From an uncultured Chloroflexia bacterium (GTDB taxonomy: Bacteria; Chloroflexota; Anaerolineae; Anaerolineales; RBG-16-64-43), in assembly GCA_963780865.1 (NCBI GenBank), contig CAWADT010000006.1, forward strand, positions 20,858 to 84,857: DNA of 64,000 nucleotides, written 5' to 3'. Below, in pieces: positions 50,222-59,998 of the stretch. Position 1 is the first letter of the stretch, and each line of letters opens with the position of its first letter. The position numbers and the translations under genes are program-made. The notes beneath the pieces were generated by a model, which searched no databases, had not been told where the DNA came from, and was given only the letters and a program-made list of their open reading frames with translations.

Positions 50222-50311
50222 TTATCCACGGATTACACGGTTGTTCCGGAAAAAATCTTTTCCATCCGTGTGATCCGTTCTTATCAGTGTCATCCGTGGT
50301 CTCTTTTTTTT
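50222..50311 (+). terminator. structured region ending in T8, probable terminator of the PadR-ABC operon; built from atccacgg/ccgtg repeat units
   Basis: atccacggattacacgg ... ccatccgtgtgatccgt ... catccgtggtctc followed by TTTTTTTT (50304-50311). Confidence 0.45.
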
Positions 50312-50357
50312 AGCCTCCCGGATAAGTACGGGAAAAAGTGGCATAAAGCTTGCCCTA

Positions 50358-50385
50358 TTGACAACTAGAACGCTTGTTCTATAAT
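50358..50385 (+). promoter_or_regulatory. TTGACA-N16-TATAAT promoter whose spacer and -10 carry a perfect TAGAAC-N4-GTTCTA box (LexA/Cheo-box type)
   Basis: TTGACA at 50358-50363, TATAAT at 50380-50385, tagaacgcttgttcta at 50366-50381, ATG at 50409. Confidence 0.55.
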
Positions 50386-50408
50386 GCTGAAATCTCGGAG
50401 GTAGAGAC

Positions 50409-51038
50409 ATGCAAAACGCACAAACTCAAAAATCGTTACAATTTTCGCTGGCTTCCTACGTCCCAAAGGTCCGACTACCGGAACGCGGTGCGGCCTTCCT
50501 CAGCCTGATCGTCGGCGCTACGGTGCTTTTCGAAATCTTCAACTACAGCACCACCGAACACGCGCTCGGCGACGTAATGGGCGGGCTGCGCTTTATAGAG
50601 ATTCCCTGGGCGACAATCCTGGCCCTGGCTTTCTGCGGGATCGATTTTGCCGGCATCGCGCGGCTGTTCTCGCCTGAGGAAAGGGATGGAAAAGGGCGCC
50701 TGGAAAGTATGTATCTTCTGGCGGCGTGGCTGCTGGCGGGAGTAATCAACGCGGCCATGACCTGGTGGGCGGTGACTATTGCCCTGCTCGGTCAGCCGAA
50801 TATCGGCAACGAACTTGTCTCCCGGCAGGATCTCATCCTATATGTTCCGATCCTCGTGGCCGGCGCTGTCTGGCTGATCCGCATCCTTTTAATCGGGATG
50901 CTGACGATGTCCGGCGGAAAAGCCGCCAAGCCGGCAATTGTACCGTTGGGTAAACCATCCCTTCCCGTTCAAACTATTCCCGTCCGGCCCTCTCCCTCCG
51001 CTTCGATGGTGCGCCCCTTCACCGGCGGCCGGTCCTGA
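50409..51038 (+). CDS. membrane protein of unknown function (4-5 TM segments, Pro-rich tail)
   Basis: 209 aa ORF with the strong promoter described above. No family recognised. Confidence 0.6.
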   Translation: MQNAQTQKSLQFSLASYVPKVRLPERGAAFLSLIVGATVLFEIFNYSTTEHALGDVMGGLRFIEIPWATILALAFCGIDFAGIARLFSPEERDGKGRLESMYLLAAWLLAGVINAAMTWWAVTIALLGQPNIGNELVSRQDLILYVPILVAGAVWLIRILLIGMLTMSGGKAAKPAIVPLGKPSLPVQTIPVRPSPSASMVRPFTGGRS

Positions 51039-51149
51039 TAAAATTCCCGCGGCTGGAAATACCTTCGCCTCCCCGCGCCCGTGAAAACTAGCGGTGCGGG
51101 GAGGCGCTTGGAGAAAAGCCCCGGCCCTTCTTCTCTATTCGGTGGACTC

Positions 51150-51779
51150 ATGAACCGGCGACGCATTCGTTTGAATCCGTATGTGATGGTCAGAGTGCTT
51201 CCCTTATTCATCGGGATGATCCTCTTGGCGGCCGTTTGCTCCATCGCCTCCCTGGTCGACGTCGTCGGCTCGATCGTCCAGCGCGCCGGGGCCGCGGATC
51301 GAACGCTAGCGCCTCTTTTTGCGCCTCAGGTCCTGGCGTGGAAGCCGCAAATCCTCCGCTGGTCGGATTCCTACGGCTTGGATCCAAATTTAACCGCGAC
51401 GGTCATGCAGATCGAATCCTGCGGCAACCCGCGCGCGGTATCGCCGTCCGGCGCGCAGGGCCTCTTCCAGGTGATGCCGTTCCATTTCGCCGCCGGGGAG
51501 GATATGCAGGATCCGGAGACGAACGCCCGGCGCGGGCTGGAATACCTCGCGGAATCGCTACTGCAATCGAAAGGCGATGTCCGCCTGGCGTTGGCTGGAT
51601 ATAACGGCGGGCACGGCGTGATCGGATTGGATCCTTCGCAATGGAGCGCGGAAACGCAACGCTATGCCTACTGGGGCGCGGGCATTTTCGCGGACGCATC
51701 CGTCGGGAAAACGGAAAGTTCCCGGCTGGAGGAATGGATGGCGGCGGGCGGAAGCGGCTTGTGCCGTCAGGCCGGGTAG
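51150..51779 (+). CDS. lytic transglycosylase (SLT/GH23 domain) with an N-terminal membrane anchor
   Basis: VMQIESCGNPRAVSPSGAQGLFQVMP ... LAGYNGG. Start taken at ATG 51150 rather than GTG 51081. Confidence 0.8.
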   Translation: MNRRRIRLNPYVMVRVLPLFIGMILLAAVCSIASLVDVVGSIVQRAGAADRTLAPLFAPQVLAWKPQILRWSDSYGLDPNLTATVMQIESCGNPRAVSPSGAQGLFQVMPFHFAAGEDMQDPETNARRGLEYLAESLLQSKGDVRLALAGYNGGHGVIGLDPSQWSAETQRYAYWGAGIFADASVGKTESSRLEEWMAAGGSGLCRQAG

Positions 51780-51813
51780 GATCGGCATGGGTTTGGCCGG
51801 GGAGATTGAGACG

Positions 51814-52236
51814 ATGGAAAAGGACGAAGCCGTTCAAAAAGCTTCAGCGCTCGTGGATCGTTCGAAGATCGCGCTCCTTGGAACCAACGGAGAGGACGGC
51901 TACCCGCAGATCAAGGCGATGCTCGTACCAGATCATGAAGGCCTGAAGCGGATCTGGTTCAGCACCAACACTTCTTCGCGGCGGGTGGGCCAGCTTGGGC
52001 GAGATCCGAAAGCCTGCGTGTATTTCGTCGATTTTCAGATCTGGCAAGGATTGATGTTGGTGGGCACGATGGAGATCTTACAGGATAAAGAATCGCGGTT
52101 GCGGCTCTGGCATTCCGGCGATGAGCAATATTACCCGCAAGGCCTCGACGACCCGGATTACACCGTTCTACGGTTCACCGCGGAATGGGGCAATTATTAT
52201 CATGCGCTGTCGAATGTGACGTTTCCCGTTGATTAA
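51814..52236 (+). CDS. pyridoxamine 5'-phosphate oxidase-family protein (general stress protein 26-like)
   Basis: Start at ATG 51814. ALLGTNGEDGYPQIKAML...RIWFSTNTSSRRVGQLGRDPKACVYF... Confidence 0.7.
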   Translation: MEKDEAVQKASALVDRSKIALLGTNGEDGYPQIKAMLVPDHEGLKRIWFSTNTSSRRVGQLGRDPKACVYFVDFQIWQGLMLVGTMEILQDKESRLRLWHSGDEQYYPQGLDDPDYTVLRFTAEWGNYYHALSNVTFPVD

Positions 52237-52276
52237 AATTCCAATCACGGATTTCGCGGAAAAAGGAATGGTTGTC

Positions 52277-52566
52277 ATGCCCGCGCCTGCCCTCGCGCAG
52301 CATCCCGGCTCGCGTCTGGTTCATGAGCCGGGATGAATGCAAAGCGAGGGTGGGTGCAGCGGGCATCCACGAGGTAGATGCGGCTATCCTTTATGGAAAT
52401 CCTGGATTCCCGATAAGGACACTCGGGAATGACAGCAGTTCTAAAGTTTATCCTACCCACGAAGGATGCCCTCGCGAAAGCGGAGGGCTGGTGTCCAGCA
52501 ATGATGAGGGAAAAATAACTATGTATTCGAGAGAAAGGTCGACTGGATTCCCGCGGAAGCGGGAAT
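52277..52566. repeat. cluster of three hairpin repeats (atgcccgc...gcgggcat nested hairpin; attcccga...tcgggaat; attcccgc-ggaa-gcgggaat)
   Basis: Stems at 52277-52284/52359-52366 with an inner pair at 52301-52311/52325-52335. Further stems at 52406-52413/52423-52430 and 52547-52554/52559-52566. Confidence 0.55.
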
Positions 52567-52640
52567 GAGATCAGGTCGGAATAGGTTCGGTTAAACTACA
52601 GATGAAATTAGCTGTCTTTAATCGATAATCCTCGGTCCAA

Positions 52641-52714
52641 GACCTATGGTCTATGGTCGATCGTCCATCGTCGATGGTCAATGGTCCATCGTCCACGGTC
52701 TATGGTCCATGGTC
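52641..52714. repeat. tandem/dyad array on ctatggtc / ccatcgtcgatgg units, related to 38314-38367
   Basis: gacctatggtctatggtcgatcgtccatcgtcgatggtcaatggtccatcgtccacggtctatggtccatggtc. Overlaps the last codons of the kinase gene. Confidence 0.55.
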
Positions 52715-54082
52715 GGTTTTCTTCAGCGGGAGCCACACGGAGAACGTCGTTCCCTTCCCGGGCTCCGACGCCACTTCGATCCGGCCGTCGTGGCTCTGCG
52801 CGATCCATTGCGCGATGGAAAGCCCCAGCCCGGAGCCGCCCAATGCGCTGCGGCTGCGGGATTTTTCCACACGGTAGAAACGGTCGAAGATGTGCGGCAA
52901 TTCATCGGGCGGAATACCCGGCCCGTTGTCGGAAACCGTGATATGAACACAGTCTTCGACCACGCGCAGGGAAAGAAGAACGCGTCCGCCGGATTGAGTA
53001 TATTGCAGCGCGTTCACCACCAGGTTCAGGAGCAACTGCTTCAGCCGGTCGCGGTCGCCGATGACCACCGTCTGTTCGAGGTTGCCAATGCTGACCTCCA
53101 CCTTTCCCTGGGCTAGAACGATCGCCTGCTGCAACACCTCAAGCAACAGCGTGTCGATCTCCACCGGCGCTTTGGCTAGCGGCAACGTACCCGCCTCCGC
53201 CCGCGATAGCAACAACAGGTCGCCCACCAGGCGAATCATCCGGTCAACCTCTGATTGCACCGCGTCGAGCGATTCGGCGTCCGGCCCCATCCGGCGGATG
53301 AGATCGACGTTCCCGCGGATGGTGGTGAGGGGGGTACGCAATTCATGGGAGACGTCGGCCAGAAAACGCGATTGGGAAGAAAACAGCGCTTCCAGCCGTT
53401 CGAGCGTTTCGTTGAATGCTTGGATGAGATTTCCCACTTCGCTCCCGGCGGGGACTTCGAGCGGAATTCGGCGGGAGAGATCGTCGGCGTGGGTGATCTG
53501 CAGCGCGGTAGCGGTTACCGCGTCGATCGGATGCAACGCGCTGCGAACGATCCCGTTTCCGAGCAGAATGGACAACAGCACAGCCGATGCGCTTCCGATG
53601 AGGAGCACGAGCAGCAGGATATATTGAGCCCGATCGACTACCGTCAGCGGGGTGCCTACCTCTAGTTGGCCGGCATTCACGCCCACAATCATTAAGGGCT
53701 TGGTCATCACGCGCAGGTGAACGCCGCGGATGCGGTTGTCGGAAAACCCTTCGCTGGGAAGGGGTTGCGTTCTTGAGTCGAGCGGTTCGGTTACGCCCTG
53801 GAGATTAAGCGAAGAAGCCAGCAGGTTCCCCTTCGAATCCCAGACCTGCACGTACGCGTTGGAAGACGAGAACGGGAGCGGCGGAAGGATCAGGAGCTGC
53901 AAATCCTCGACGTTTTGGATCTCCATCGACGACCGGATCAGATCGGCGGATTCCCGCAACGTCTGATCGATCTGTTGCGTGAGCGTATATTGCAGGACGA
54001 AGTATACGCTTGCGCCAAACAGTATCAGGACTGTGATCAGAACTATCGAATAACCAAAAATCAAACGGGCGCGGAGGGACAT
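52700..54082 (-). CDS. sensor histidine kinase (two TM segments, HAMP, HisKA, HATPase_c)
   Basis: H-box ADVSHELRTPLTTIRG, N-box LVVNALQYT, DNGPGIPPDE, GGSGLGLSIA. Confidence 0.9.
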   Translation of the reverse strand: MSLRARLIFGYSIVLITVLILFGASVYFVLQYTLTQQIDQTLRESADLIRSSMEIQNVEDLQLLILPPLPFSSSNAYVQVWDSKGNLLASSLNLQGVTEPLDSRTQPLPSEGFSDNRIRGVHLRVMTKPLMIVGVNAGQLEVGTPLTVVDRAQYILLLVLLIGSASAVLLSILLGNGIVRSALHPIDAVTATALQITHADDLSRRIPLEVPAGSEVGNLIQAFNETLERLEALFSSQSRFLADVSHELRTPLTTIRGNVDLIRRMGPDAESLDAVQSEVDRMIRLVGDLLLLSRAEAGTLPLAKAPVEIDTLLLEVLQQAIVLAQGKVEVSIGNLEQTVVIGDRDRLKQLLLNLVVNALQYTQSGGRVLLSLRVVEDCVHITVSDNGPGIPPDELPHIFDRFYRVEKSRSRSALGGSGLGLSIAQWIAQSHDGRIEVASEPGKGTTFSVWLPLKKTDHGP

Positions 54083-54105
54083 TCGGATCTGCTTTTCCCG
54101 GGGGA

Positions 54106-54786
54106 TCAGCTCTCGTCTCGAAGAACGTATCCCACTCCCCGCACGGTGTAGAGCAGCCTGGATTTGCCTTCCAATTCCAATTTCTGCCGCAAATAGCGGA
54201 TGTACACTTCGATGATGTTGCTTTCCCCACCGAAATCATACCCCCAGACGCGGTCGTATATGGTTTCGCGGGTGAGCACTTTCCGCGGATGGCGCAGGAA
54301 AAGTTCCAGCAGATCGAATTCCTTTGACGTCAGCTCGATCATTTTGTCCGATCGATGCACCTGCCGGGTTCCGGTGTCCAGTTTCAAGTCTCCGAACTGA
54401 AGCAGCTCGGGCTCGCCCGGCCCCGCCCGACGGAGCAGGGCGCGGACGCGGGCCAGCAATTCGGCCAGCGCGAACGGTTTGACCATGTAATCGTCGGCCC
54501 CGGCATCCAGCCCCTGCACCCGGTCTGAAACCGAATCGCGCGCCGTCAGGACCAGAATCGGAAGCGAGGAATTGGCCGTCCGCAGGCGGCGGCAGACTTC
54601 CAGCCCATCCATGCCCGGAAGCATCAGATCCAGTACGACCAGATCCATTCGCGTTTCGCGCGCTTTGGTGAGGGCGACCGTCCCGTCGGGGGCGGCGTCC
54701 ACCTCGTAGCCCTCGTACGTCAACCCCCGCCTTAGGAATGAGGAAATCTGTTCTTCATCTTCCACGATAAGAATTTTCGGCGCCAT
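54106..54786 (-). CDS. OmpR-family response regulator
   Basis: [11 protein letters not shown]...[13 protein letters not shown] receiver domain. Winged-helix C-terminus [16 protein letters not shown]...YTVRGVGY. Confidence 0.9.
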   Translation of the reverse strand: MAPKILIVEDEEQISSFLRRGLTYEGYEVDAAPDGTVALTKARETRMDLVVLDLMLPGMDGLEVCRRLRTANSSLPILVLTARDSVSDRVQGLDAGADDYMVKPFALAELLARVRALLRRAGPGEPELLQFGDLKLDTGTRQVHRSDKMIELTSKEFDLLELFLRHPRKVLTRETIYDRVWGYDFGGESNIIEVYIRYLRQKLELEGKSRLLYTVRGVGYVLRDES

Positions 54787-54900
54787 CTTTTTGTCCCTGT
54801 GCTCTTGCCCGAAGAATTTCTCTCTTCGGAAAATGGTTCCCCGGCGGATCTTTTTGATCCGGATCTCCGGCGGGAAGGAAAGGAACGAAGCCTGCGGACT

Positions 54901-57472
54901 CTACCCCGCGGAGGATGGCCGGGAATCCATAAACGGCTGCCCGACCTGGACCGGCAGCAGAATGAAGAAGGTGGTCCCATGCCCGAGCTGGCTCTCCAGC
55001 CAGACGCGCCCTCCCATGGCCTCGGCCAGGGTGCGCGCCACCGCCATCCCCACGCCGGTATCCCCCAGCCCTTCGATCAAAGGCCCTTCCGTCCGATAGA
55101 GCCGGGTGAAAACGCGCGGTTGGTCTTCGGCGGCGATGCCGGGCCCGCTGTCTTTGACCGTGATCAGCATGGCCCGCTGCTGGTTTTGCGTGGCTTGCGG
55201 CGAATGCGCGGTCAGGACGACTTCTTTGTCCGGCGCCGTAATTAAAACGGCGTTTTGAATCAGGTGGTTGAGGATTTGCTGCAGCGCGTCGCGGTCGATC
55301 TCGACCGGCGGCAAATCGTCCGATACGTCCAGGTGCAGCACGAGATTCTTTTCGCGGACGATTTCACTCACGCCGGTGATGGCGCCGTCGATGATGCCGG
55401 CCACGTCCACCGGCTGCATCGGCGGAGCGGCAATCTTTTCCGGCAGCAGCAGCAATTGCAAAAGGTCTTCGAACAGCGATTCGGTCCGGGTGATGCTGGC
55501 GCGGATCCGGTCGAGGAATTTTCGTTGCATGGCGCCCAGGATCCCCGCCGATTCCGACAGCAGCAGGTCGGTGTACCCTACCATGGAGGAGAACGGCTGG
55601 CGAATTTCCGAAATCAAGCTGGTGACCATGGCGATATCCGCGTGGAAGCTGGGTTTCTTTCCCGCTTCCGGAGGCAGGGGCGGTTGAAGCAAAGCGGATT
55701 GCAGATGGGCGTATTCTCCCAAAGTCTTGCGCAATTCGTTTTGGATGTTGGAAATTTCCGCTTGATAGCGGTTCTCGGTTTCCTCGAGCGCCCTCCGCAA
55801 GCCCTGAGTCTCCGTGTCGGAAGAGGGTTGGGCCGGGGAAGCCGCCGTTCCCTCCGCCCGGAGATGATCGAGTTCGGACTGCAGGGCGCGGTTTTCATTC
55901 TCCAGGGCGGTGGCGGCGGCGACCATTTCTCCAGCGCGCGCCGAATCTTGGCGTGAAGTTTCCAACTCCGCGCGCGCCTTCCGCAATTCTTCCTGAAGCC
56001 GGACAATCGAAGCATCGATTAAGCGCCTTCCGCCGTCCTCTTCGCCTTCCGCTTCCCCCTCCGCCGCCAGAGAGTCCTGCTCCTGCACGAGCGATGCCAA
56101 TCCTTCGGCGCGTTGGCGTTCCTCGCGCCACGCTTCCTCGGCCTGCTGGCGTTCCGTCTCCAGGTTCATCTTCTCCGTCTGCAGGTGTTCATTTTCCTGT
56201 CCCGCCTGAAGGAGGGTTTGCCGGATTTCCTCCAATTCCACGGTTATTTTATTCCGCGCGTGGATTTGCTGGAAGGCGGCGGCGCAGGCCTGGGCGAATA
56301 GACGCGCGGCGGATTCGTCCTCGTCTCGCCATTCCTCGTCGGAGTAGGAAGCCAGCAATAAAATGCCGACGGCGGGTTCCTCGGAAAGCGCGAGGGGAAC
56401 GAACAACACCGGCCCGGTGCGGGCCAGCCCCGCTTTCTCGGCGACGGCTTGCAGGGTTGCGCCCGCCTCCGTCTTCTCCAGCCGCAAGGTCTCCCGGCCG
56501 GCAAGCGCAAAATGAAGTTGCGGGACGGCGTCGGACGTCAATTGAAAAGCGGGCAGTGCGGCGGCGCTGATCCGGTCGAACCCGGCGATGAAATCCACTC
56601 CGTTGCCCTGCTGCGTGTTGGCCAGGAAGTAACTGGCTTCCACCTGCATCGCGCTGCAAACCCAGGCGGTCATGGCCTGCGGAAGGTCCGGCTCTTCCAG
56701 GGTCAGGATTAGGTCCGAGAGCGGCGGGATGGATTCAGACGCGGCTAGTCTGGCTTGCCTGGCCTGGCTGCCTCCGCCGGTCAGGGCTGCGCCGGAAGCC
56801 GTGGAAAGCGAAAACCGCATCGCCACGAGCGGAAAAGCAAACAGATTAAACAATCTGGCCAGGCCGGGAAGATTGGTGGAGCCGTCCCCGAGCATCACTT
56901 GCAGACTGGTTCCGGCCAGCAGCAGCAGCAGCGCCAGAAGGGAAAGGCCCCATCCTGCGGGCCGGCGGATCAGAAGCAGCAAGCCACCCGCGAGGATCAC
57001 AACCCAGCGCGCGGAATCCCAGATCAGCGAAAGGATGTTGGCATTGAACGCGCCGGTGGCCGGATTGAGATAGAGGAAGACAAAGGATCCGGCGGCGCCG
57101 AGGATCGCGAGGAGCGCAGCGCCGATCATCATCCCGTCGCCGGTCTTGCTCCGGCGGGGAAAAAGGAAGAACCAGACAAGCGCCAGGGCGACCAGAAGTT
57201 CCAGCGCCCGATCGCCGTTGGCCTGGAGGGAGGGCAGCGCGGGCGAGTTCTATATAGGAAGGAAGCAGATCGCCCACCAGGCCGGCCGTTTCCAGAAGGA
57301 GAATTGAACCGGCCAGCAGCAGACCGCGCCTCCATTCCCAGCGCGGCTTCTTTGCGACGAGCAGGAACGCCGAAGCGAGCGCAGTCAGGAGGATCCAGGC
57401 GCGGAAGAAAATAAAACCGGGAACGCCGAGCAGAAATACTTCGTAAGTGTGGAGTGAGACGGCCATAGCCAA
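54901..57472 (-). CDS. membrane GAF / coiled-coil histidine-kinase-like protein with Ser at the phospho-acceptor position; one frame break
   Basis: HATPase N/G1/G2 boxes are intact (LIQNAV, DSGPGI, GDTGVGMAV). The DHp helix reads LISEIRQPFSSMVGY, with TCG at 55609-55611 where H is expected. The N-terminal TM region in ORF 56846-57472 joins at GGAGGGAGGG 57225-57234. Confidence 0.75.
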
Positions 57473-57508
57473 GGCGCCTCCGCGCGGAAAATCGCGGCGG
57501 TAGATATC

Positions 57509-59998
57509 CTATTCTTTGGGATGTTCGGCGTGCATCGTGCGCAACGCCCACAAGGCTTCGAAGGCCGGGCTGCGCACGGAACTTTCGCCGTCGCTCAATC
57601 CCATGCACAAATCCTGAAGGAACCGGTTCTCGGCCATGGCACCGAGCGCTTCCACCGCGGCGGCCCGCTGGCGCGGTTCGCCCTCGCGGATCGCGCGCTC
57701 GAGCATGGCCAGGGTGGGCGCGCCAGGCGCGAGGCCCGTCTTTCGCTGTGCGGCAAACGACACCAGCCAGGGCAAATTCGCGGGGGATGGCATGGGAACC
57801 AGCGGGCTTTCGGATTCTCCATGCAGCCGTTCCACGGCCTGCGCGGCCGCCGACTTCACCGCCCACTGTCCGTCTTCTATCTGCACCCGTTCGAGGATTT
57901 CCAGCGCCCAGGGTTGTCCGGTGCGCGCCAGACCGAAGACCGCAGCGCGGCGGACCAGTAGTTCCGCGTCCTGGATGGCTTCCCGCAGGATGCCGTGCCC
58001 TTCGATCGGATCCAGGGATAGTCCCTCGGCGACGGCGCGGCGCAGATCGTCCTCGCCCTGAAGGAGGGTTTGGCCCAAGACGTCGATGGCGGCGTGGGAA
58101 GCGATCCGGCCGAGGGCCAGCGCGCCGGCCCAGCGCAACTCCCGCGAATCGGATTCCATTTGTTTGGAGAGCAGCTCCACAGCGCTCTGGTCGGCCATCG
58201 CCCCCAGGCCCAGCGCCGAAAGGATCCGTGCTTCCAGGTCGGAATCCGGAGCAGAGAGAAGCTGCCGAAAAAGCTGGGTGGCGGATGAGTCGCGGCTGTT
58301 GAGGAATGCGGCCAGCGCCCGGGCGCGGAGCGGAAATGGCTGGCTGGGAGTGCGCACCACTTTCATCAACCGGCGGAAAACCTCCACGCGCCATCCGGCG
58401 GTGGGCGGGGCATCGCGCAGCCAGGCGGCCACGTGAAGCAGTTTCCAGCCGTCCTCCACCAGCGGCGGCATCCGCGGCTCGCCGGATGCGGCCTCGCCTT
58501 CCTTTATTAAGGTTGGCGTGAGCCGGGCCGAGACGAGCGTGGCGACGTCGGTTTGCGCCGCCAGCGCGGTAGCCGAAAGCTCCGCCAGAGGCGTGCGGGA
58601 GCTCGCGAGAAACGCCGGCAGGTTTGCCTCGTTGCCCAGGGCGAGGGAGGAAAGCCGCGCGGCGATGACGATGTGGCCGAAGCTGACCCGCCCGGCGGGC
58701 CGTTTGCGCAACACGCCATGCGTGATCATCTCATCGAAGAAATCTTCCACGGGCGGGAGTGATTGTTCCGAATGCGGCCAGGCCAGCGCCATCGCGGTTT
58801 CCACTTGCTTGCGCGTGGGGGCGGAAATATTTTCGGCGATCATCCCCCGCACCACCTGGGCCAGGGCTTCTTCGGCGGCCGGAGGCAGGTGGCGGGTGAC
58901 GTAGGCTTGTTGGTCGGAAGCCGCCGTCGTTCCCTGCAAATCCCCGCTGAAGGCCGCCCAGGCTCGGAGGGTGATATCGAGCGGTGAAAGGCCAAGCGTT
59001 TGCCGGGAGAGCCAGCCGAGCAGCAATGCGGGATCCGCCTTTTCGGTCGTCTTCCGGTCCGAGACCACGATTTCCTGCCAGCGCTTCCCCCATTGTTCCA
59101 GGAACCTGCGATGATCCGCGGGCAGCCAGGGGGCCGGAGTGGCGACCGCGAACCCCATCGGCCGCCAGTGATTGATTTCCTCGGGATCGACCGTGATGAT
59201 CAGCCGCGCCTTCGGATATTGGGCCATCAGCGAGCGGACCCACTCGCGCACTTCGTCCTGGGCGGAGTAGGAGAGCTCGTCGACGGAATCCAGGAGCAGC
59301 AGCGAACCTTCGCTTTTTAGGTTGCCCTTCAAGTAAGGGGGAATTTGAGACGCGGAAAGGGTGGAGGCGTAGTGCTGGATGGCCGACTCCAGCGGCACGA
59401 GCGCATCTTTGGTTGAATTCGGCAGGGTCAGATCGTGCGCGTTAACATAGAATAGCGATTTGGGAATTCCGGCGGCCGGGGCGCCCGTCTCCACCGACCG
59501 GCGCAACCACTCGAGGGTCAACGCGGCGAGCACGGTCGACTTGCCGCTTCCCGGCAGACCGGCCAGGAGAAGTTGCGGTTTGAGCGAAAGCAACTGCGTG
59601 ACGGGGATTCCGACCGTGCCGTACGATTCGGCGAGCTGCGGCCAATCGGGTGCGAAGGGGAAGAGGGTCGGCGCGTCGTATTCCGGGGGCTGGTCCGGAT
59701 CCAAAGGCGGCGGAGCGGCGAGAAGGCGCGGCGGAAGCAGGATCTCTTCCAGCGCAAACAGGTGGGTGACCATGTGCGACGATTGGGCCCACCGCATCAG
59801 GTCGTTGCGATACCCCTGGGCTGCCGTGGTGGTTAAAGCTTCCAGGGCGGTCCGGTAGGATTCCCCCATGGCTTCCCGGAACGATGCGATCCGCGGGCGG
59901 AGCCGGAAGAGCACGAAGGCCAGCAGGACGGCGAGGAGGAATCCGATCCAAAAGGAAAGCGAATCAAATCGCCAGTCGGTGAGGAATTTCATGCTCAT
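57509..59998 (-). CDS. STAND NTPase: N-terminal TM helix, NACHT-like P-loop module, C-terminal HEAT-type repeats
   Basis: Walker A GLPGSGKSTVL, Walker B LLLLDSVDEL, C-terminal repeated ...RRAA...ALG... units. Start at ATG 59998 (MSMKFL) overlaps the upstream TGA as ATGA. Confidence 0.75.
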   Translation of the reverse strand: MSMKFLTDWRFDSLSFWIGFLLAVLLAFVLFRLRPRIASFREAMGESYRTALEALTTTAAQGYRNDLMRWAQSSHMVTHLFALEEILLPPRLLAAPPPLDPDQPPEYDAPTLFPFAPDWPQLAESYGTVGIPVTQLLSLKPQLLLAGLPGSGKSTVLAALTLEWLRRSVETGAPAAGIPKSLFYVNAHDLTLPNSTKDALVPLESAIQHYASTLSASQIPPYLKGNLKSEGSLLLLDSVDELSYSAQDEVREWVRSLMAQYPKARLIITVDPEEINHWRPMGFAVATPAPWLPADHRRFLEQWGKRWQEIVVSDRKTTEKADPALLLGWLSRQTLGLSPLDITLRAWAAFSGDLQGTTAASDQQAYVTRHLPPAAEEALAQVVRGMIAENISAPTRKQVETAMALAWPHSEQSLPPVEDFFDEMITHGVLRKRPAGRVSFGHIVIAARLSSLALGNEANLPAFLASSRTPLAELSATALAAQTDVATLVSARLTPTLIKEGEAASGEPRMPPLVEDGWKLLHVAAWLRDAPPTAGWRVEVFRRLMKVVRTPSQPFPLRARALAAFLNSRDSSATQLFRQLLSAPDSDLEARILSALGLGAMADQSAVELLSKQMESDSRELRWAGALALGRIASHAAIDVLGQTLLQGEDDLRRAVAEGLSLDPIEGHGILREAIQDAELLVRRAAVFGLARTGQPWALEILERVQIEDGQWAVKSAAAQAVERLHGESESPLVPMPSPANLPWLVSFAAQRKTGLAPGAPTLAMLERAIREGEPRQRAAAVEALGAMAENRFLQDLCMGLSDGESSVRSPAFEALWALRTMHAEHPKE

